The notes under the pieces are model-generated. The model was not told where the DNA came from. It was given only the letters and a program-made list of their open reading frames with translations, and did no database searches. DNA of 63,390 bases, filler included, from Octopus bimaculoides (Eukaryota): NCBI RefSeq assembly GCF_001194135.2. It is 5 parts of 4 records of this genome, joined end to end, with 100 filler letters (N's around TTAATTAATTAA, not from the genome) between each part and the next. Parts side by side here need not be neighbours in the genome. Positions count along the whole stretch, not along the records: positions 1 to 28,959 come from NC_068983.1; 4 more parts are not named here. One strand, 5' to 3'. Below are positions 13,501-27,876 of the stretch, piece by piece (within the stretch, counting starts at the first letter, position 1; each line of letters begins with the position of its first letter). The position numbers were made by a program, and so were the translations under genes.

Positions 13501-15247
13501 CGATTATTATTTTATCTTATCGTATTGAACTAATGTCACGTTGCCCTCAATCTAAGGGCAACATATTGTAGATCAGAGTGTCTGAGTGAATGAGAGTATC
13601 AGTTCATCTATACTGAAATTTGCGCTAAAATCGGATTAGCGACATAGCTCATGATCAACGTAGAATACATATATATGTCGTACCTTCCTAATTCTGTTTA
13701 TTCGTCTTCATTTAATTCAGTCGCATTTCTTCTTGTCTTTATCGAATCAATTGTATAGAAACTTTCACTGTTTATGTTTTCTTTATATATTCTTTACCTT
13801 CCCTCTGCGTTTTAATTCTCTAAAATGAAACAAATATTTCTAGTTGTATATTCTTTTCTTCATGATATTCTTACCTTTACATTAATTGAATCTATCTGTC
13901 TCCTATATATGAGTGGGTGTAATATTTTCAGTAGTGCTCGATCTCACCTGTATTTTAAGACATATAACCTACGTCCTTACTTCTATACGATACACTCATA
14001 TAACCTCTTCTTATTTGAATAAATCCTTGTTACTTTTTCTGGAAAACAATGATGGCTCACCAAAGATTTAGTTTAAACACAGAGGCCATCTACCGGCATT
14101 TATATATAGTATATTATATAATTGTATCTATCAAGCAATGTTATTAGCCATTTTCCCCATTAACGGCAGGGTTTCTCGTGCGTTTGTCTAACAATATTCA
14201 CATTTCTTGTTTGAATGCCTTTTATTTACAATGCTTAATATTTGATATGGATCACCCATGAAGCAATCTCTTGCAATTTTTCTAAGTATATTGTAGAAAA
14301 ATGAAATGAGCGTTTTTCCAGTTATATGAACTCTTTCTCTTTCAGTTTCTAATATGATTGCTGCTTACCAAAGAACATAAATTTCATGAAGGAATGAAAC
14401 ATTCTTATTTGCTTTAAATCTCTCTCTGCAAAAATTATGAGACACCAAAGAAACCTTCAATTTTTCATTGAGTTTGAAACACTGAATTGCCATATATTCT
14501 GAAGCTTATTACAGGTATCTAAATTTAGTCTCTCGTTTTAAGAAAACTGTTCGTACTGCCAGGAACAATGACACCATGATACAAAAATATAAAATCACTG
14601 TCTTCATTAAGCATTATGTCATCTCGTGAACATATTGTTGGAGATTACTCTTGTGTTGCTACCGCCAGTTACCGCCAGACGAGAAAGTGTGAGGAATAAG
14701 AGAGGCTTGATTTTATATGCCGACTTACAATTTGCCCCTGGTAACCCTCAAGTACAGGTAACCCCAAAGATTTTTTGAACAGGTAATCCCCCAACATGTA
14801 ACCCACAAGATTTTTTGTTGCTGTTGTATTCCTTATTTTAAGATCATCATGCAAAACACTGTCTGGCTGTGACCAGCAGCCATGTTTCTTCCCTCACAAA
14901 TGTAAGCTCATTATGAATGGTGGTTTGCGCTGGAGGCAGGGAATGGCAAGATGCCTGTTCTAAAACGCAGGACGAAATATAACTTAAGACATGCTGCTGC
15001 TCCTGCTTCAATTAGAATTAAGAGACCGATAGAAGATGCTGATGTATTCAGTGGAGTGAGTGGGATTTTAATGCAGGAGTGTTAGATTTCATTATTACTG
15101 ATTCCTGTGAGAGTGATAAAAAACAGGGAACGTGGAGTCTAAAGTAAGTATAATCATTCCCTTCAGGCTGAAGATAGAGCGGAGGTTGTCTTATAAACAT
15201 AGTGGTTGAGAAATTTCAATCTCAGAGTGAATAATTGGGGGGCATAT

Positions 15248-16050
15248 GTGGACTGTTAATGTGCTAGAAGAAGATCACATGTAATGTGTCTACTAAGACC
15301 GAATTGTTCTCAAAGGAAATTTAGCGAAGGAACAAAAACGTATACGGGTAAGACAAGTGAACATTACATAAATATATACAATTATCTGCAAACTAGTTTC
15401 GAAATAAACATTTTCTGAATCTCCTTGATTCTTTTAATGATTTTGTTCCCTGGTATTAAATTGATATTAATTAATATCCAACTTTTACCTTACTGTTTTA
15501 ATTTAATTAACTATAACCACGTTCTCAAAGCTGGTATATTCGATGCGGAAACCACTTTATGCAGAGATATTTCCAGATTGAGCGCGCAAAAACGAAGACT
15601 TTTGTATCTTACCATAAATGTAATTAACAGAACCGTGTACGCGTGCTTCATTCGTGGGGAACAACTAGTATACGGTTCTGAGAATTATATTTATTTAGCG
15701 GTCTGTACTGATGAGAAATAGATATTTTCGGTAAGAAAATGTTAATTTCGAAACTAGTTTACTGATAACTGTATATATTTATGTAATTTTCACTTGTCTT
15801 GCCCGTATACGTTTTCGTTACTTCGCTAAATTTCCTTTGAGAACAGTTCGGTCTTAGTAGACACATTACATGTGATCTTCTTCTAGCACATTAACAGTCC
15901 ACCTAGTGGTCTCCATTGTATATACATATACAATAATCCTTTGATATCTCAGATATTTTTTAGAAATCTCCTTGATTCTTTTAATGTGCTTGTTCCTTGG
16001 TATTAAATTGATATTAATTAATATCCAATTTTTTACCTTACTGTTTCGAT
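15248..16050. repeat. Inverted repeat (15248-15416 / 15734-15902) plus direct repeat (about 15418-15510 / 15964-16050)
   Basis: Arms match base by base with few substitutions. Confidence 0.92.
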
Positions 16051-16052
16051 TC

Positions 16053-16087
<35 letters not shown>

Positions 16088-17786
16088 TATACACACATAC
16101 TCATATGTATATATATTTGGTACATTGTTAATGGCTTCAGCTTCGAGTTCACTTGAAATACGCAGTATCGTGACAAAAATATACACACTATCACAACCTG
16201 CCAGTACAATGAGAAAATAAATTTGATTTCACAGGTTACCAGTGAAACCGAGACATACTACAAATGAGTTATCCTACTGCTAGTAGGATAATCACTTTTT
16301 CATTTTTGACAAATTACTAGTGCTGACAAACTATACCTAAAGCACTAAACGCAGTCGATTTGTACTTTTCATTTATTTCTCATCAACATTTAGTGTTGTG
16401 ATATGCAGTGATATATGGAGTGGTGTTCGGTTACATTTCTGTTATTGTCACGCGATCAACACTGGCCAAAAACGGATTTCAGCCATAGTGCAATACTTTC
16501 TCCTCAGTTTTATCATGTCTAAGATTTGACACGTAATATAATGTTACATTGAAATAAATGTCTCACATTGTGAAAGATTCATTTTCACCATTCAAGGACA
16601 CGCAAAATCTATTATATTTAGTTGTCGCTTGTTTTCTAAGAGTGCAGTCTATTATAAATGTCGGAAATACCGTCAACATTCTGTGACGTGGTCGCTGTCA
16701 AACACAACAGGCTTCGTATTCTTTTGAACGACAAAGAATAAAATGAATGAACTGTTTTGGTGGTCAACGGCCCTAGAGATGTGATTGCTTCGATTAAGGT
16801 TGTAAAAATGCAAATATTTACAACAAATAATAAAGTATTTTCAAACGTTAAAGCTCTCTATGTTGGTTATACATTATCATCTCTTATTATCATAACCATT
16901 CTGAGTTATGTATGAAGAGATTATCATAAACGCCTAGAAATAATGAGGTACTTTAAGATAGAACGTAATAAAAGATTGTAGTTGAAATATTCTGAAACCA
17001 ATCGGTTAGTAGTAAAATAAAATAAAGATATTTTTTTTCATTTTCACAGGATAATCTATCGACGAGTCCTGGACCGAGAGACAAAAATGGTCACAAGGTT
17101 TTTCAAACACAAATATAAAATAAGTATAACACACATATCCGTCTTATATATACATACACCCATGAGATTCCTTCTCTTTTGATATTTTACTGGTTGTATT
17201 TATTAGTGTGCAGCAATGCTGAGACGCTGGTTTTAAAAACTTAGCCGATAAATTCGCGTGCAGTACTTATTGTGCGCCAGGTGGTTACTTTTACTGTCAA
17301 TTCATGCCGCAGCGCTATGATACGTGAGCGTAAACAAAAAAACAGAGCGGTTTTCATTCGGTGAGAAACAAACACACGCGCATATCTGTATAAATACACA
17401 AACACATATGTACGTATGCATATATGTATGTAGACGAAAAGCATCCGCTTAGTTTTCATCCACCAAATTTACTTACCTGGTGCTTTAGTACAAGACGCTA
17501 CTGCAAAGTACTGCACGGCGGGAATCAACCCAACACCAAACTATGAGGCGACATTCTTAGTCACACACTGATACCTACGTCCAAGTATAAGAATATCTTG
17601 CACTGACTGAAATGAGCACATTTCATCACTGACACTTAAAATTGTCTTGATTCAAAGAATGAACCCTAGTTGGTTTGTTTGTGACCGGCTGGAATTTTGA
17701 AAATTAGAACATATCTTACATAAAAACAGATTTATACATATACATACATACATACATACATACATACATACATACATACATACATG

Positions 17787-17818
<32 letters not shown>

Positions 17819-17821
17819 CAT

Positions 17822-18127
17822 ACGACTAAAGCAGAACTACGTCGGTTACGATCAATGGAACAGCCTGCTCGTGAAATTAATGTGCAAGTGATTGAGCATT
17901 CCACAGACACGTGTACCCTTAACGTAGTTCTCAGAGATTCAGAGTGACAAAAGGTGTGACAAGGCTGACCCTTTAAAATACAGGTACTACCCTTATTTCC
18001 CAGCTGAATGAACTAGAGCAATGTGAAAATAAAGTGTCTTGCACACGAACCACAATGCGTCGCCGGGAATTCAACTCAGGACCTTGCGATCGTGAGCCCA
18101 CTGTCCCAACCACTAAGCCACGTGCCG
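17822..18127 (-). mobile_element. tRNA-derived SINE, third family
   Basis: Minus-strand head GGCACGTGGCTTAGTGG...GAGTTGAATTCCCGG. Related pieces at about 54460-54590 and 59900-60003. Confidence 0.7.
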
Positions 18128-19739
18128 TCATACATGCAACTATATAACAAACGTACGTACATATGGCAATGCATTCCCTTGTAGATAAGGTAGTTTCACA
18201 AAAAAGCTAATTATGTTTCGATGTCTGAACTTTATATCTCACATATATGTCTAAGTCTCACTGGTTAGACTTGTTGATTTCAGATATACATGTATTGAAA
18301 TAAATATAACTGTATCTATGAGGTTATGATGATGATCAGTTTGACTGTGAACTTATACAGATACACCAAGTTGTAAGTCAACACAGCATTGAGAAATATA
18401 TTGATTTATTCCTATGCTCGAGTCTGTTTATATTTCGGTATATATGGAGGTATATGTACAGAGTTTGTTTGACAATGGCGTTTTTATTATCTTCACACTA
18501 ACAGGTGCATGCACACACATACACATACATGTACTCATCCACATATGCATAGGTATATATGTATGTGTGTACATATTTAGACCTCAACTGAATATATGCG
18601 ATGTTATTTGTAAGGTGCAATCCATAGTTCACAGGTCGATAGAGATCATTTCTCTACTGTCTTCAATAGTGTATATAACATCAGGATATATATGCTATTT
18701 CCGTCATTTGAATAAGCTCAGATCATTTGATTTTTATCTTATCAGTATACATATGTATATATATATATATACATACGTACACACACACACACATATTTAT
18801 CAATGTTTATATCTGTGTGACTGAGTGAATAAATGTGAGTGTGCGCATATCTTAGTGCTCATGTTTGTGTGTGTGTGTACTTCTATTTTATCTATTCGCA
18901 AGATATTCACCTTTTACTTTTTCACATTTTATTTGGTTTTGTTCTCATATTTCCAGTGTTTCATTTTTCTTTTATTCTTTTTCTTTTTTGGCTGTTGATT
19001 ATTATAGCATTCACATAGATGTCACATCCTTTGGAATATCAAAGTATATTTCTTAAAAAAAAAAACAAACAAAAAAGCAGAAGAGAAACGGCCATTTTGC
19101 TAAATAACACGCTACCTAAAATACTCACTATTTTTCCTATCGCCATTTTGTTTCGTTGAAACGATTAAAATCCAAAATAAAAGCAGCTGTTTATCTGGAA
19201 ATAGAGAAATATGTTACAATCTCTTAGCAATGATTAAATATCTGAAAAATATAAGCCAAAACTTAACCATTTCTAGCAATTTTAAATAAGGAAACTTACC
19301 GTACTGAAAAAAATATAAAGCAAAACTTAACTACTTCTAACATTCTATTCATTCTAAACCAAATCATATTAAATTAATAAAACCTTTTTTGATTATCTCC
19401 CTTATATCGAAAAAATCCCTGATTACCTTCCCCTGTGTGGAACTCTCATACTTCACTTCATATCGAAATGATGACACAAGATCAGTAAAGAAATTTGAGA
19501 AATTTGAAAAGAAAATACGAAAACGCTTCTTTCTCCAAAAGCAATGTTACTTTATGCAATAATTTTATAACATTTTATAACCTTTTTTCTAACAAAGATT
19601 TAAATATATACTTTAACCATATAACACAAGTCTTCTGTTGCATTTTCACTCTATTTTGTTTTTATACACCCAACCACGTGCTTTCACATACCAACTCTCT
19701 CATCTATCTATCTATCAATGTAGCTATATATCTATCTAT

Positions 19740-19779
<40 letters not shown>

Positions 19780-19789
19780 AAGTATGTAT

Positions 19790-20000
19790 ATGTTTGTGTG
19801 TCTGTGTTTGTCCCCAACATCGATTGACAACCGATGCTGACGTGTATATGCCCCCGTAACTTAGCCGTTCTGCAAAAGAGACCGATAGAATAGATACGAG
19901 GCTTACAAATAATAAGTCTACTGAGTGCGATTTTTTCGACTAAAACACTTTCAGGCGGTGCTCCTGTATGGCCGCAGTCAAAAACATGAAGCAAATAAAA
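19790..20000 (+). mobile_element. SINE family A 3' half
   Basis: Matches 60175-60380. Confidence 0.75.
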
Positions 20001-21203
20001 GAGAAAATGAAGACTTACACACAACATACAGACGCACACACACACATACATATATATATATGAATCTTTGGAGCACAACTCCAGTTTTAAGTAATACAAT
20101 AGTGAACCATTCTGAAAAATCGATAGGTTTGAATTTATTATCTGAAACAACCCTACGTTAAATCACTATTGCCAATAAGCCCACAAAACATACCTTCATC
20201 TTTATAATTATATAAATTACGCATACAATAACCGATACACCTTTTATCCATGGCACAGGAATTCTCATTCTATTACTCATTTAATTCCCTGTTGTTACAT
20301 TCCCAGTTGTTATGACAATATTTTGGCAGCCGAAATTAAAACAGGTTTATGACTCGTCTTATATAGTTATATTTCCAACACTGAATATTACTTTTTTTTT
20401 AAGTATTTATAAATATTGACTTGTATTTCACGTTCCAATCTTCCGTATATATGCCACTTAAGACTATCAATACATATGTAATGCAAAGACTACATTAACC
20501 ACTCTTCAATTGGATCAAACTAGAAGACAACCTATAAATAAGCAGTATTACCATAATGTTTTTTTACAAGTGATGATACGGAGTTGTAGAAGAATAAATT
20601 CAGTTCTATGAAGCGGCCTCCTAAGCCAGTAATTACGAATCAAAATCATGTTGAAAGTAAGATTAGGTATCTTTTGGGGCGCAGGCATTGCTGTGCTATT
20701 CAAAAGCCTGCTTTGATGTTATTCATATGTTAGTCACTATGCCAGTTATATCGCTTAGTACATTTAATTTTATTTATTCTTTATGTCCGTTGAAAGTTTG
20801 TCAGCTCTGTTTGAAAAAAAAACAAACTAATGTCAAACGATAAAATAATTTAAAATTTAAAGTATACACAGCTGACGAGATGCAATTGAATCAGAATAGA
20901 TCGAAATGAACATCCTTTTCTTTTGCTTCCAAACAAAAATCAGAATTTCCCGATGCATGTCAATTAATTTTTTGTAATTAATTTTTCTAATAATTTCGAA
21001 TTAGGCTTTCTACTTTCAAAGTGGAAATTACCGAAAAGGTCTCGTTATATTTCACAACTAGAGGGATTTATATTGATTCAGTAATTTTAAAACACCTCAT
21101 TTACGGTATCCTCTTTCAGCTATATTCGTTGTTCATCTAGTTTGCCAGACAGTTAAATGTTAAAAACTTTTTCAATTCTGATACAAGTTATGGAAATAGC
21201 TCA

Positions 21204-21206
<3 letters not shown>

Positions 21207-21297
<91 letters not shown>
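21207..21297. repeat. (TG)n microsatellite, representative of many
   Basis: Other tracts: (TA)n 3849-3893, (TG)n 4800-4900 and 44171-44262, (GA)n 9297-9380 and 54355-54440, (TAA)n 28714-28787, (GTA/GTG)n 55670-55827. Confidence 0.98.
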
Positions 21298-21302
<5 letters not shown>

Positions 21303-23080
21303 TATATGCATGTGTTTGTGTGTTTTCTGAAACCCCAGGCAAACAATATTTATCATCAATTAACACGATAAAAATTATATTCAAGTTCTGGATGAAATTC
21401 TCGTAGGTTATTATCACTGAAAGATCAAGTAGCCAGTAGTCAGGGACAAGATACAGGAAACATGCATATAATTATTCCTGTGTAGGCTTTAATATGCGAG
21501 CGTAAATATGCCTCTGTTTTTATGCTTTCACGTGCACCTATTTGTGTAGCGATGTGTAGGTCTATGCGTATATACGTAAAAGCAGTATATGTGTAGCATT
21601 AGATTACGTTAATTGAACGACATTATTGTTACAATTAGCGACCAAATTGTAGTCCAGTGCTCACATCAATTTGTATTTAAAAAATAAAACTTACAAAAAT
21701 CTACTTCGAAAAATCACTGGGTAAAGAGTAATTTAGGATGTAACAAAGTAATTTATGAAGCAGGTAGAATAATGTGTGGTTGAAGTGTATAGATTTGTAG
21801 TTTTCCATTCAAACTTTAATTGCAATCCTATCTTCTAATTAATAAATGAAAAGCGGATTGTATCAGAAATTTAGTCCCAAATGGTTAAATACTAAACGGC
21901 TTTGGGGCTGAAACGATGAAAAGGCAAAAACTACTGAGGGTTTACAATGTGTGCTTAAATATACCTGGGTTCTTACATTTTCATGTGCACCTATTTGTGT
22001 AGATATGTTTAAGTATATCTGTATGTACGTGAAAACATTGTATGCATACAACTGACCTCAAATTAAAGAGATAGCCAATACATATTTCAATGTACAAACT
22101 TCCACCTAGAGAGTTGGTGTCCAGTACATGCATATCATATACAGACCTGAACTTTATTCAGATACTGACATATTCAAAAACATATATGTATATACATATA
22201 TATGTATGTGTGCATAACATAAATACATATATTCACGCAAACACACATCTGTCTCTTAAATATATATTCAATAAGTGAGAGCTTTATATTATATTGAAAA
22301 CTAATGAATCAACGCTATTTTAAATGTCTTCCTTTCTTAAAAGTCAGACCTTGTGTTTGAATAAAATTGTCTATACATAACATTATTTGCATAATACATA
22401 AATTTTCCATTTTGGAAGAGCATACCTTTTACTCCTATTCGTTTTAGAATCGCATCTTTCAAAACACTTGTTCCTGATAATTTATTCCAATGTTTTATTT
22501 TTGTAGCCAGATGGCATATTTTCATACTATGACCACCACAACTTTAGACGTTATTCAGTGAAGAAATGTAATCATATCAGATTTCTTTGAACAGTGATTC
22601 AGTCATATCTCTGTATCTATTAAATAAGACCTCGTAATTTTACTTTCGTAGAGATAACCACACTTACGTATACGATTTTTTCTATCGAAACAAAAATATG
22701 TATCAATCAATTTCAGTATATTTCCAGACCTGATATCAAATAGATCAGGTCTTAATTTTCGCTTGGTTTTATTTCCACAAGTATATATTAATTTGTAATT
22801 ATAAAATGTGCATTGGCAAAACATATTACTAACAATTTTTCTAACTATAAAAATTATTGTTAAAGAAAAAGAACCACCAGGAGACGATATAAGGAATATG
22901 AAGTCGAAAAGGACCGGCATGTGTTTATAAATGCCACTTTCGCAGTAGCAAACAAATAACATATTTCACATGGAACAAATAAATTAATCTGGTGAAATGA
23001 AATTTTGATTTTTTTTAAATTGATAAATTATTTCAAATAATTGTTTTTTCCACCTAAGAAGAAAATTTCAATTATACACA

Positions 23081-23150
<70 letters not shown>

Positions 23151-23932
23151 TATATATATGCATGCCATGCCTTATTCATTCTGTCAGCTAATAACTTCAT
23201 ATTATTAGGGTGGAAAGTTTGGAAGTTAAGTTCATCGCTTAGTATCATTAAAACATCAGATAGCCAGAAGCTAGCATAGATTTGAAGTAAGTTGAACATA
23301 TGTGTAATCTTAAATGTTTGTGTAAGTAAACATGTGAGTCTACTCGTTCACATGTGTGCTTAAGTGTGCATCGATGTTGTGTGTCTTTTAATATATTTGT
23401 GTGCGTATAGACAGAGATTGTATAGAAATACATTGTACTGATGAATGATACCAGTGTTTTAATTACTACAGAAACCTGTTTGCATTCACATAATTATAAT
23501 TTCTTTTTTTCAAATATAAATAGCACACACCACTTTAGAGACCTGGCTGTATTGTGAATGAAATAGCTTTAACAAACGAAGTAGTTCATAAACAAATTGG
23601 AATAATATGAAATTATATGGATTCATAGTTTAGACTCAGGTTTCGAATAGGAAAAGTGATGCATATGTAATTTTCTAATATATAAGAGACTTGAAGTTTA
23701 TCAAAAAATGAGTCTAGGTTTCTGAACAAACCAATTAAATCTATAATACGCAAACTGGAAATGTGGAAAATTCTAAAAAAAACTGTTGGCTACCAATTAT
23801 CGAAATAATCTATGCAAAGCCGTTGCTTCTATTTTTTTTTTTTTCCTCTCCGCGATAGCTTTCTATAGACGACAATTTTATCTTCTCACAATTTCACTTC
23901 AAGTGGTTATCTCGCACCTGCGATGAAGATTG

Positions 23933-23970
<38 letters not shown>

Positions 23971-24912
23971 NNNNNNNNNNNNNNNNNNNNNNNNNNNNNN
24001 NNNNNNNNNNNNNNNNNNNNNNNNNNNNNNNNNNNNNNNNNNNNNNNNNNNNNNNNNNNNNNNNNNNNNNNNNNNNNNNNNNNNNNNNNNNNNNNNNNNN
24101 NNNNNNNNNNNNNNNNNNNNNNNNNNNNNNNNNNNNNNNNNNNNNNNNNNNNNNNNNNNNNNNNNNNNNNNNNNNNNNNNNNNNNNNNNNNNNNNNNNNN
24201 NNNNNNNNNNNNNNNNNNNNNNNNNNNNNNNNNNNNNNNNNNNNNNNNNNNNNNNNNNNNNNNNNNNNNNNNNNNNNNNNNNNNNNNNNNNNNNNNNNNN
24301 NNNNNNNNNNNNNNNNNNNNNNNNNNNNNNNNNNNNNNNNNNNNNNNNNNNNNNNNNNNNNNNNNNNNNNNNNNNNNNNNNNNNNNNNNNNNNNNNNNNN
24401 NNNNNNNNNNNNNNNNNNNNNNNNNNNNNNNNNNNNNNNNNNNNNNNNNNNNNNNNNNNNNNNNNNNNNNNNNNNNNNNNNNNNNNNNNNNNNNNNNNNN
24501 NNNNNNNNNNNNNNNNNNNNNNNNNNNNNNNNNNNNNNNNNNNNNNNNNNNNNNNNNNNNNNNNNNNNNNNNNNNNNNNNNNNNNNNNNNNNNNNNNNNN
24601 NNNNNNNNNNNNNNNNNNNNNNNNNNNNNNNNNNNNNNNNNNNNNNNNNNNNNNNNNNNNNNNNNNNNNNNNNNNNNNNNNNNNNNNNNNNNNNNNNNNN
24701 NNNNNNNNNNNNNNNNNNNNNNNNNNNNNNNNNNNNNNNNNNNNNNNNNNNNNNNNNNNNNNNNNNNNNNNNNNNNNNNNNNNNNNNNNNNNNNNNNNNN
24801 NNNNNNNNNNNNNNNNNNNNNNNNNNNNNNNNNNNNNNNNNNNNNNNNNNNNNNNNNNNNNNNNNNNNNNNNNNNNNNNNNNNNNNNNNNNNNNNNNNNN
24901 NNNNNNNNNNNN
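23971..24912. other. Assembly gap (N); others at 50494-51286 and 55828-55940
   Basis: N runs. Confidence 1.
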
Positions 24913-24923
24913 ATATATATATA

Positions 24924-25612
24924 GGGAAAATTATAAGAATAGAAAATTTAGAAAAAAAATTATGCCGTTGGCCTGCATGGGTAATAATAGTCAATAGACA
25001 ACATATTTTTATATATAGGAGTGTATAACTATTTATACACAGAAAAGTGAGCCTTCACAGGAAGCCTTACATGCTAGAAAGGGCACCCAAGCTCAAAACA
25101 GAAAAACACGAATTCCAAAGAGAATTTTAAAAAAAATTATTTATAGTTAACCCCAAACACGAGTTTTTGTATTAATGAACAATAGATACATTTGTTATCC
25201 GCACTTCGTCAGTGGCATCGCTAGGACAATGCATAATTATGTAGTTTAATAGGTATTGAAATCACACGTGCGTGCTCCATACTTATACATTATATTTTCA
25301 AATCAACCGCGCAAGCGTAGTCACATAGTCAGCAGCAAATAATAAAATTAAAATTGCGTACCAAAAAGCTTTGAAATTGCTGTGAAAATTATAAGGATAG
25401 AAAATTTTGAAAACTTTTCCTAACGGTGGCCAGCATGTGTGATAAAAGTCAACAGACAATATAGTTTCATATATAAGAATGTATAACTATTTAAAGACAG
25501 AGAGTGACCCTTGAGAGGATATTTTGCATGCTAGAAAGGGCAGCCGGACCAAAACCACGAAAAAATGTAATTCCAACGAGATTGAACACAAAAAGTATTT
25601 ATAGTTAAACTC
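24924..25612. repeat. Diverged direct duplication, period about 459 bp
   Basis: 24924-25153 aligns with 25382-25612 (GAAAATTATAAG.ATAGAAAATTT...CATGCTAGAAA...TATTTATAGTTAA). Confidence 0.8.
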
Positions 25613-25745
25613 AATAAAAATCAAACATTCAGTCAGCATCATGGTTTTGGTAGTGATCACTAGTGATGGCGACGTTATGCCTCCATTCATCTTCCTACAC
25701 GACCTCAGATTCAACATTGAGGCCTATATCAAGTGTCTAAAGGAG
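25612..25745 (+). mobile_element. Fragment of the same maT-like transposase
   Basis: Translates as KIKHSVSIMVLVVITSDGDVMPPFIFLHDLRFNIEAYIKCLKE. Confidence 0.8.
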
Positions 25746-26214
25746 ACAATTTCTGCAATCGCATCATCCCTGCTTATGTAGATTCATACATGGACACGCG
25801 TATGTTCATAATAGATTTGTAGAAATAAGTACATATATACACGGACAAATATACATACATATATAAGCATAGATGCATGCACGTAGATGAATATGTACAC
25901 ACATAGATATATGCGCACATACACATATACTTACAAATACACCCATACAGATATATCTACATGCATCCTGCTGAGTAAACATGCGTGCTGAGAAAATTAT
26001 GAGAATTTATAGAAAGGGTCCAATAAATATTCATCATAAATATTCTCTTTTTACTGGATTTTTTTATCGTTCACTCACATCCACTGGCAGCTGATCTCTA
26101 AAACAGTGCATGACTTTTTCTCTATCCCCCAGAACAGTATCAACTTCTTATGTTTGCATCCAACCAAGTGTTCCACAAGTGTTCCTTTTAAAGGTGTGAA
26201 TACCTTCTGGTTCT

Positions 26215-26665
26215 AACATACCTTTGATGTATACAGCAAAGTAGTACTTCCTGCGGATGGCTTTGCAAATAGTTTTTGCAACTCTATCAGGCCTCAGGGG
26301 CAGGTACTATCTGGTAGACATTTTAGGGCAGTTGCTGATGATGTGGCTAATATCATCCATACTGGTGTAGCAGAGCCGACACTTTTTTATCACAATGTGG
26401 AGGGTTGGTGGAATTTTTGTCCCTCTTGTTTATCAAATATTTAGCATCTAACTCCTCTTCCTTGTAGGGGGGATGGAATGTATCTGTCGCAGAACAAGAG
26501 GGGCTTCTCTTTCTGTCAATGCTGTATGTATGTATGTATGCATGTATGCATGTATGTATGTATGTCATTATTCAGTTCATTTCAAGACTTCTTGCCAATC
26601 GAGAAAGGGTTCTAACCAAGATACAAGGTTCTTCATTGGAATTTCAACATCAACAACAGAGTAAT
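26215..26665 (-). mobile_element. Second R4/Dong-type fragment (CCHC zinc region), split by (TATG)n
   Basis: EELDAKYLINKRDK...CDKKCRLC...DDISHIISNCPKMS...YLPLR.DRVAKTI. Confidence 0.75.
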
Positions 26666-26762
26666 TTTCTTTGTATGTATGTATATATGTATGTGCAAAT
26701 TTGTATGCTTTTGTAAGTATTCTCATGCATATAGATTCATATCGAGACATGCTCATATATAC

Positions 26763-27876
26763 TTAAATGATAAATCTCTGGAAAGTTTTACAGGTTTTTA
26801 CAGTTCCAGTGATGGATTGGATCTGTAGTCTTCGAATCAGCTTTCTCCTTTCTGGTTTTGAGATGCCTAATTTCTCAAGATTGGTATTTAGGCAGTGTGT
26901 TTCATATCTCAGGACTCCACAAAGTCTGCATCGGTTGTCACATTTTACGGCTTTTTCCGCATCTCTATCCCCTTTGTGCATCAAGTACTTGGTTGATATT
27001 TCCTGTTCTTCCATTGCAAACACATACCCTTCAAAGTGGAAGGAAGTAATTTGGGTATTCGTCCATGATAAAATGCTTTGATGATCGATGTTACTATCGT
27101 CACGGAGCTTTCTACTAACATATCCATGCATAGTCGTTTGCTCATCCTCTCATCTGATGATACTGTGCGGTAGGATCGTGCAACTTTTTGGGGCATGTAT
27201 TCCAGGTTACGAGACAAATAGTGTTGCTCAAGGAGCTGCCTGCCAAGTCTTATGATGTTATCAGCCTCATGTATGCAAACTTGGTTAGAGGATGTATTTC
27301 GAAGCTTGGTGGTTAAAAGATTTTGCCGAATGGGTATAATACGACATTCAAAAGCATTTTGGTTCGATGTTAAGCCTCTGCCGCCTTGTTTACGTTTTAA
27401 GTAGAGGCGGTCTACATTACTGTTTATGAGGAAATTATGTGTGCTTGTTAGTATTTTTCGGGTTTTCACATCAATTGCTCGGATCACATCAAGCGTCCAA
27501 TCAAACAGCCCACATGTTGGTATGACAACTGGCACTGCAAACACATTGTGTGCCACTGTTTTATTGAATGCAGAGAGTTCTGAGGTCCGAATTCTCTCTA
27601 TTCAGCTGTAATATTCTTTAGTGACACGCGTTTTGTTACAGGTGCCATTGTAATATATATATATTCATCCACACCCATATACCTGTAACACTCTTCGTCA
27701 TATACAGGGGAAACAGTCAAATCATTCATGGAGATGTTACTAATCTGGTTTATCGTCTTCCCCATTTTCACAATCATATAGCATTTATCCTGACCAAACT
27801 CCAGCCCAAGGCTCTTTTTCACCTCGTGTATATTCTTTGTATAAAGTTTTAAGTCATCCACAAAGAAATAGTGTGT
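26763..27876 (-). mobile_element. R4/Dong-clade non-LTR retrotransposon relic (RT C-terminus to element end, internally deleted)
   Basis: THYFFVDDLKLY, RYMGVDE, IDVKTRKILT..HN..INSNVDRLYLKRKQGGRGL, EQEISTKYL...CRLCG. Confidence 0.85.

Noticed and set aside
22337-22962. Two minus-strand ORFs (119 and 62 aa) with donor-like sites
   Set aside because: AT-rich, with no domain I recognise and no consistent exon chain.
23894-24997. Long ORFs in the provided track here and at 50242-51442 and 55481-56023
   Set aside because: They consist of N gaps or microsatellite translations (only the RTE part of 50246-50493 is real).
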